DNA from: Macrostomum lignano
Taxonomy: Eukaryota
DNA length: 64,000 nt
NCBI GenBank assembly: GCA_002269645.1
Contig: NIVC01000218.1
Span: 444,911 to 508,910 of the forward strand
Reading direction: 5' to 3'
The notes below the pieces were generated by a model, which was given only the letters and a program-made list of their open reading frames with translations, made no database searches and had not been told where the DNA came from. The position numbers and the translations under genes were made by a program. This document shows, piece after piece, positions 56,370-64,000 of this stretch. Positions within the stretch are counted from its first letter, which is position 1. Every line of letters starts with the position of its first letter.

Positions 56370-56670
56370 CAGGTAGATAAAGTAGATAGATAGACAGGTA
56401 GATAAAGTAGATAGATAGACAGGTAGATAAAGTAGATAGATAGACAGGTAGATAAAGTAGATAGATAGACAGGTAGATAAAGTAGATAGATAGACAGGTA
56501 GATAAAGTAGATAGATAGACAGGTAGATAAAGTAGATAGATAGACAGGTAGATAAAGTAGATAGATAGACAGGTAGATAAAGTAGATAGATAGACAGGTA
56601 GATAAAGTAGATAGATAGACAGATAGATAAAGTAGATAGATAGACAGGTAGATAAGGTAGATAGACAGGT
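56222..56670. repeat. (GATA)n microsatellite grading into a 25-bp derived unit (AGATAAAGTAGATAGATAGACAGGT)
   Basis: Visible transition from tetramer to higher-order unit at ~56370. Confidence 0.92.
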
Positions 56671-57589
56671 AAATCGCTAGGTATAAACGTAGATATTCCC
56701 GCAGCAGATGCAATGCCGAGCTATCACTTGAACAGAACTCAGCCTCGCAGCAATCAGATTTCGCATCCACTTCAATCCCCGACAAGATCGGTGGCGCCGT
56801 TGCCTCAAAAAGTTCAGATTTCAGTCTTCTGATTCTGCAATATTTTCAAAACAAAGCCCCCAGGCGCAGACACACTGAAAACTCGTCCCCACTGATTTTC
56901 ATCTGCTACAATTCCATGGGCTACTTTGTACCAGCATTAAGCGAAATGTCAGCCGAAGCGGCGGAAACGGAGATGACACTATATTGCCGTTTTTGAACTT
57001 GCAGTTGAAGTTTCTGTCAGCTCGGTTGCTTCTTGTGGGCAACCGAGGTTCGGGGTTATAGCTGGCGCTGCTGCAGCCGCGGGTTGGGTTAAGTGCTGAG
57101 GAACCAAACTCTGCGGCTTATAAGGCGCGATAGCAACAGATTCCATCACGAATTCTACAGCCTTCTTTAGCCGTTGTAATGCTACCACAGCGTAGCTGTT
57201 TTATTACTGCCTTGGTCCCTGTGCATGTACGAGTATACACGTATATCTATACGTTAAGCATGATTGGTAACAGCGTCTCCCATGGCAACAATAAATTAGA
57301 TAACACCGTGTGTTTTTTCGTCTACACCGAACATACAGACATTAGTACGTGGTTTTTACTGTCGGCTTGTGCCTTGGGTGTATATTGTAGCATAGATTTG
57401 TCTGACAGCAAATTATGCGAATATTTAAGTGTGCGGTCAAGTACTGTACTGTCCGTACTGAAGTTAACTCCTCCGTCTTGGAATTTCACTGGTCCGTCTG
57501 ACACCCCAATGTCTCCGTCTGACACCACACTGTCTTTGTCTGAAACATACAGAATAAACACCATGCCATTTCTGTATGACACTCGAATG

Positions 57590-58012
57590 TCTCAATCTGA
57601 CACCCCAAAATGTCCGTCTGACAGCACACAGTCTCTGTCTGACACCACACAGTCTACGTCTGACACCACACAGTCTGTCTGACACCACACAGTCTACGTC
57701 TGACACCACACAGTCTCTGTCTGACACCACACAGTCTCTGTCTGACACCACACAGTCTCTGTCTGACACCACACAGTCTCTGTCTGACACCACACAGTCT
57801 CTGTCTGACACCACACAGTCTGTCTGACACCACACAGTCTCTGTCTGACACCACACAGTCTGTCTGACACCACACAGTCTCTGTCTGACACCACACAGTC
57901 TCTGTCTGACACCACACAGTCTGTCTGACACCACACAGTCTCTGTCTGACACCACACAGTCTCTGTCTGACACCACACAGTCTCTGTCTGACACCACACA
58001 GTCTACGTCTGA
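57590..58012. repeat. 17-21 bp minisatellite (GTCTGACACCACACAGTCTCT)n
   Basis: About 20 copies. Confidence 0.93.
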
Positions 58013-58458
58013 CGCCTCTCCCTATAGCAGGTGGTAAGACATGTTAAAACCCCCATCAAAACGTACCCTACCTTACTTACCTTTACCTTGTGATAATGCG
58101 CCCCCCACACCGTGGTTGAATGGTGCCTGAAGTGACTCGCAGTCACAGTCCCGTTCAGGTGTAAGACGCTGAAAAATCAAAGAAAACAAATCGAAAATTC
58201 CTTTACAGTTCTACTTTCTTCAGTCAAAAAGAGTTTAAAACTGTAAAACTTTTTCTGGTCGAATTTTTGGACAAAAAACTATCGAATCCACGTTTTTTGC
58301 TATTGCTTTTTTAAACACTATTTTCTCCGATCGTTTTTGTTGCAAATCTACTCGTAGGACTGCAGAATGTGGCTGCTTGTCAAAGACTGATCGAGTATCG
58401 ATTTCTTTAAATTTTTGCCTCCTTCAAGTTTCAGTGGATTTAGGAAAATTTCTAAATA

Positions 58459-58499
<41 letters not shown>

Positions 58500-58759
58500 A
58501 AGTCTTACAATCTAGCTCTGGTTTCGTTACACTTTGTAGCTGCATTTTATTATTCCATTTCATTGCTTTCATTTCAAATTTCGATATTATTGGAACTGGA
58601 AGTAGAAAGTTATTTTGTGTGAGCGAAATATCAGCATGCATGATAATATGTCAGCTTCATCTAAATTATTAATTATATTCGGCTTCTTGCTTTGAAGTTT
58701 AGCTTCATGAATGATTTAAGTCCGAGGTTTGCTCCTCAGGTCCCGAAATTGTCTCATTT

Positions 58760-60105
58760 TAGTTACTGAAATTGTGTCACTTCAGATACTGAAATTGTGT
58801 CACTTTAGATACTGAAATTTTGTCACTTTAGTTACTGAAATTGTGTCACTTTAGTTACTGAAATTGTGTCACTTTAGTTACTGAAATTGTGTCACTTTAG
58901 ATACTGAAATTGTGTCACTTTAGATACTGAAATTGTGTCACTTCAGATACTGAAATTGTGTCACTTCAGTTGCTGAAATTGTGTCACTTTAGATACTGAA
59001 ATTGTGTCACTTCAGTTACTGAAATTGTGTCACTTTAGATACTGAAATTGTGTCACTTTAGATACTGAAATTGTGTCACTTCAGTTGCTGAAATTGTGTC
59101 ACTTCAGTTGCTGAAATTGTGTCACTTCAGTTACTGAAATTGTGTCACTTCAGTTACTGAAATTGTGTCACTTTAGATACTGAAATTGTGTCACTTTAGA
59201 TACTGAAATTGTGTCACTTCAGTTACTGAAATTGTGTCACTTCAGATACTGAAATTGTGTCACTTCAGATACTGAAATTGTGTCACTTCAGTTGCTGAAA
59301 TTGTGTCACTTCAGTTACTGAAATTGTGTCACTTCAGTTACTGAAATTGTGTCACTTCAGTTGCTGAAATTGTGTCACTTCAGTTGCTGAAATTGTGTCA
59401 CTTCAGTTGCTGAAATTGTGTCACTTCAGTTACTGAAATTGTGTCACTTCAGTTACTGAAATTGTGTCACTTCAGTTACTGAAATTGTGTCACTTCAGTT
59501 GCTGAAATTGTGTCACTTTAGATACTGAAATTGTGTCACTTTAGATACTGAAATTGTGTCACTTTAGATACTGAAATTGTGTCACTTTAGATACTGAAAT
59601 TGTGTCACTTTAGTTACTGAAATTGTGTCACTTCAGATACTGAAATTGTGTCATTTCAGATACTGAAATTGTGTCACTTTAGATACTGAAATTGTGTCAC
59701 TTCAGTTGCTGAAATTGTGTCACTTCAGTTGCTGAAATTGTGTCACTTCAGTTGCTGAAATTGTGTCACTTCAGTTACTGAAATTGTGTCACTTCAGTTA
59801 CTGAAATTGTGTCACTTCAGTTACTGAAATTGTGTCACTTCAGTTACTGAAATTGTGTCACTTCAGTTGCTGAAATTGTGTCACTTTAGATACTGAAATT
59901 TTGTCACTTCAGTTACTGAAATTGTGTCACTTTAGATACTGAAATTGTGTCACTTTAGTTACTGAAATTGTGTCACTTCAGATACTGAAATTGTGTCACT
60001 TCAGATACTGAAATTGTGTCATTTCAGATACTGAAATTGTGTCACCTCAGATACTGAAATTGTTTCACCTCAGATACTGAAATTGTGTCACTTCAGTTAC
60101 TGAAT
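58760..60105. repeat. 23-bp satellite (ACTGAAATTGTGTCACTTCAGTT)n
   Basis: About 58 copies. Confidence 0.96.
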
Positions 60106-60764
60106 TATGGTGTTCCTTTCTGTTTCCAAAGCCACCTCAGATAATTTTAGCTCACCAGCTGCTTACAGCTGTGAGTCTCTCTTTCCTGTCTTCTATCTAT
60201 TTTTCTAATGTTGTAAAAATTATTGCATTATACACATCGGAAATGAATGGGGGACGAGAGCAGGGTGAACAAAAAGCGACAGTCTTCAGGATCTGAATTT
60301 TTTTCTTTTTGGCTATCTTTTTTATCGTAGTTATGAGGAAATTCTACCGTTTTACAGTTTCATAGAAGTCCATGCTGGTTTCAAAGAGCAGGTTAACCTT
60401 GGGACGAATTGACAAAAATTTATTCTTTTAAGTTTTTTCGAACTCGTTTCCTATCTGTGACCTCTTCGTGTCGAGTTTATGGCCCTCCGACCACTGTGAC
60501 TGCTTATGACCTCTCCTCTCACCCCTACTTATATCTGTGTCCCTGCTTCCCAGACTTTACTCTCAAATCTCGAACAGGCCATTTCCGGTGTTACCGTACT
60601 TTAATAAATATAATTGGTTCACTGCATCTCCAGGTGTTAGGAGATACTTGACTTTGACTTTGAGACTTACTTGACTTTGAATGCTACGTTAGCTTTTGTG
60701 GAATAATATGGCAATTAATAGTAGTTTCGGTCGTTTCTCGGTGGTAGTTTCCGGTAAATTTCTG

Positions 60765-63700
60765 CCGAATCTTCATGACAGTTTCTGCTGAATCTTCATG
60801 GCAGTTTCTGCTTATTCTTCATTGCAGTTTCTGCTTATTCTTCATGGCAGTTTCTGCCGATTCTTCATGGCAGTTTCTGCGAATCTTCTTGGCAGTTTCT
60901 GCCGATTCTTCATGGCCGTTTCTGCCGATTCTTCATGGCAGTTTCTGCCGAATCTTCTTGGCAGTTTCTGCCGAATCTTCATGGCAGTTTCTGCCGAATC
61001 TTCTTGGCAGTTTCTGCCGATTCTTCATTGCAGTTTCTGCTTATTCTTCATGGCAGTTTCTGCCGAATCTTCATGGCAGTTTCTGCGATTCTTCATTGCA
61101 GTTTCTGCTTATTCTTCATGGCAGTTTCTGCCGAATCTTCTTGGCAGTTTCTGCCGATTCTTCATGGCCGTTTCTGCCGATTCTTCATGGCAGTTTCTGC
61201 TTATTCTTCATGGCAGTTTTTGTTTATTCTTCATGGCAGTTTCTGCCGAATCTTCATGGCAGTTTCTGCCGAATCTTCATGGCAGTTTCTGCTGATTCTT
61301 CATGGCAGTTTCTGCTTATTCTTCATGGCAGTTTCTGCTTATTCTTCATGGCAGTTTCTGCCGAAACTTCATGGCAGTTTCTGCCGATTATTCATGGCAG
61401 TTTCTGCTTATTCTTCATGGCAGTTTCTGCCGAAACTTCATGGCAGTTTCTGCCGATTCTTCATGGCAGTTTCTGCTTATTCTTCATGGCAGTTTCTGCT
61501 TATTCTTCATGGCAGTTTCTGCCGATTTTTCTTGGCAGTTTCTGCCGATTATTCATGGCAGTTTTTGCTTATTCTTCATGGCAGTTTCTTCCGATTCTTC
61601 ATGGCAGTTTCTTCCGATTCTTCATGGCAGTTTCTGCCGATTCTTCTTGGCAGTTTCTGCCGAAACTTCATGGCAGTTTCTGCCGATTCTTCATGGCAGT
61701 TTCTGCTTATTCTTCATGGCAGTTTTGTTTATTCTTCATGGCAGTTTCTGCCGAAACTTCATGGCAGTTTCTGCCGATTTTTCACGGCAGTTTTTGCTTA
61801 TTCTTCATGGCAGTTTCTGCCGATTATTCATGGCAGTTTTTGCTTATTCTTTATGGCAGTTTCTGCCGATTATTCATGGCAGCTTTTGCTTATTCTTCAT
61901 GGAATTTTCTGCCGATTATTCATGGCAGTTTTTGCTTATTCTTCATGGCAGTTTCTGCCGAAAATTCATGGCAGTTTCTGCCGATTCTTCATGGCAGTTT
62001 CTGCTTATTCTTCATGGCAGTTTCTGCCGATTCTTCATGGCAGTTTCTGCCGATTCTTCATGGCAGTTTCTGCCGATTCTTCTTGGCAGTTTCTGCCGAT
62101 TCTTCATGGCAGTTTCTTCCGATTCTTCATGGCAGTTTTGTAATATTCTTCATGGCAGTTTCTGCCGATTATTCATGGCAGTTTCTGCTTATTCTTCATG
62201 GCAGTTTCTGCCGAAACTTCATGGCAGTTTCTGCCGATTCTTCATGGCAGTTTTGTAATATTCTTCATGGCAGTTTCTGCCGATTCTTCATGGCAGTTTC
62301 TGCTTATTCTTCATGGCAGTTTTTGCTTATTCTTCATGGCAGTTTCTGCCGAAACTTCATGGCAGTTTCTGCCGATTCTTCATGGCAGTTTTTGCTTATT
62401 CTTCATGGCAGTTTCTGCCGAAACTTCATGGCAGTTTCTGCCGATTCTTCATGGCAGTTTCTGCTTATTCTTCATGGCAGTTTCTGCGATTATTCATGGC
62501 AGTTTTTGCTTATTCTTTATGGCAGTTTCTGCCGAAACTTCATGGCAGTTTCTGCCGATTATTCATGGCAGTTTTTGCTTATTCTTCATGGCAGTTTCTG
62601 CCGATTCTTCATGGCAGTTTCTGCTTATTCTTCATGGCAGTTTCTGCCGAATCTTCATGGCAGTTTCTGCCGAATCTTCATGGCAGTTTCTGCTGATTCT
62701 TCATGGCAGTTTCTGCTTATTCTTCATGGCAGTTTCTGCTTATTCTTCATGGCAGTTTCTGCCGAAACTTCATGGCAGTTTCTGCCGATTATTCATGGCA
62801 GTTTCTGCTTATTCTTCATGGCAGTTGTCTGCCGAAACTTCATGGCAGTTTCTGCCGATTCTTCATGGCAGTTTCTGCTTATTCTTCATGGCAGTTTCTG
62901 CTTATTCTTCATGGCAGTTTCTGCCGATTCTTCTTGGCAGTTTCTGCATTATTCATGGCAGTTTTTGCTTATTCTTCATGGCAGTTTCTTCCGATTCTTC
63001 ATGGCAGTTTCTTCCGATTCTTCATGGCAGTTTCTGCGATTCTTCTTGGCAGTTTCTGCCGAAACTTCATGGCAGTTTCTGCCGATTCTTCATGGCAGTT
63101 TCTGCTTATCTTCATGGCAGTTTTTGTTTATTCTTCATGGCAGTTTCTGCCGAAACTTCATGGCGTTTCTGCCGATTTTTCACGGCAGTTTTTGCTTATT
63201 CTTCATGGCAGTTTCTCGATTATTCATGGCAGTTTTTGCTATTCTTTATGGCAGTTTCTGCCGATTATTCATGGCAGCTTTTGCTTATTCTTCATGGAAT
63301 TTTCTGCCGATTATTCATGGCAGTTTTTGCTTATTCTATCATGGCAGTTTCTGCCGAAAATTCATGCAGTTTCTGCCGATTCTTCATGGCAGTTTCTGCT
63401 TATTCTTCATGGCAGTTTCTGGCCGATTCTTCATGGCAGTTTCTGCCGATTCTTCATGGCAGTTTCTGCGATTCTTCTTGGCAGTTTCTGCCGATTCTTC
63501 ATGGCAGTTTTCTTCCGATTCTTCATGGCAGTTTTGTAATATTCTTCATGGCAGTTTCTGCCGATTATTCATGGCAGTTTCTGCTTATTCTTCATGGCAG
63601 TTTCTGCCGAAACTTCATGCATTTCTGCCATTCTTCATGGCAGTTTGTAATATTCTTCATGGCAGTTTCTGCCGATTTCATGGCAGTTTCTGCTTATTCT

Positions 63701-64000
63701 TCATGGCAGTTTTTGCTTATCTTCATGCATTCTCCGAAACTTCATGGCAGTTTCTGCCGATTCTTCATGGCAGTTTTTGCTTATTCTTCATGGCAGTTTC
63801 TGCCGAAACTTCATGGCAGTTTCTGCCGATTCTTCATGGCAGTTTTTGCTTATTCTTCATGGCAGTTTCTGCCGATTATTCATGGCAGTTTTTGCTTATT
63901 CTTATGGCAGTTTCGGCCGAACTTACTTCATGGCAGTTTCTGCCGATTATCATGGCAGTTTTTGCTTATTCTTCATGGCAGTTTCTGCCGATTCTTCATG
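60765..64000. repeat. 23-bp satellite (TTCTTCATGGCAGTTTCTGCCGA)n running off the window end
   Basis: More than 3.2 kb; explains the 23-aa-periodic ORFs; indel density rises after ~62800. Confidence 0.97.

Noticed and set aside
56690-57540. Possible additional gene (minus-strand ORFs 56979-57188 and 57322-57582, or a plus-strand open frame 56704-56996)
   Set aside because: Moderately GC-rich with splice-like signals, but I could not build a phase-consistent model or recognise any domain. RNA-seq or BLASTX would be needed.
58760-64000. CRISPR-like arrays (23-bp units; also 1690-4545)
   Set aside because: Units are head-to-tail with no unique spacers, no cas genes are present, and the context is eukaryotic.

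Overview
Eukaryotic (animal) genomic DNA, not prokaryotic. It has GT-AG spliced genes with GC-rich, poly-Q/A/G exons set in AT-rich, CpG-eroded DNA packed with minisatellites. This style suggests a free-living flatworm such as Macrostomum lignano (inference only). I assembled five host genes by hand: (1) INPP5E, 9 exons, + strand, ending in CAAX CSVM; (2) a Neverland/DAF-36 Rieske cholesterol 7-desaturase, 5 exons, + strand; (3) an intronless, strongly divergent alpha-tubulin nested on the same strand in intron 2 of the desaturase; (4) a minus-strand 4-exon gene joining an AhpC/Prx1-type peroxiredoxin domain, with no resolving-Cys tail, to about 340 aa of Gly/Gln/Pro-rich sequence with a coiled coil; (5) a TAF6L-like gene whose first coding exon I could not find. 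Intron 3 of the peroxiredoxin gene holds a 5.3-kb defective APE-RT-RNase H non-LTR retrotransposon flanked by a 450-530 bp direct duplication of host intron. The rest is about 25 tandem-repeat arrays, MITEs and tRNA-derived SINEs. Most long ORFs in the supplied track are repeat artefacts. Best leads: the peroxiredoxin-IDR fusion, the nested tubulin, the very long LINE-flanking duplication, and minisatellites seeded at splice sites or a stop codon.
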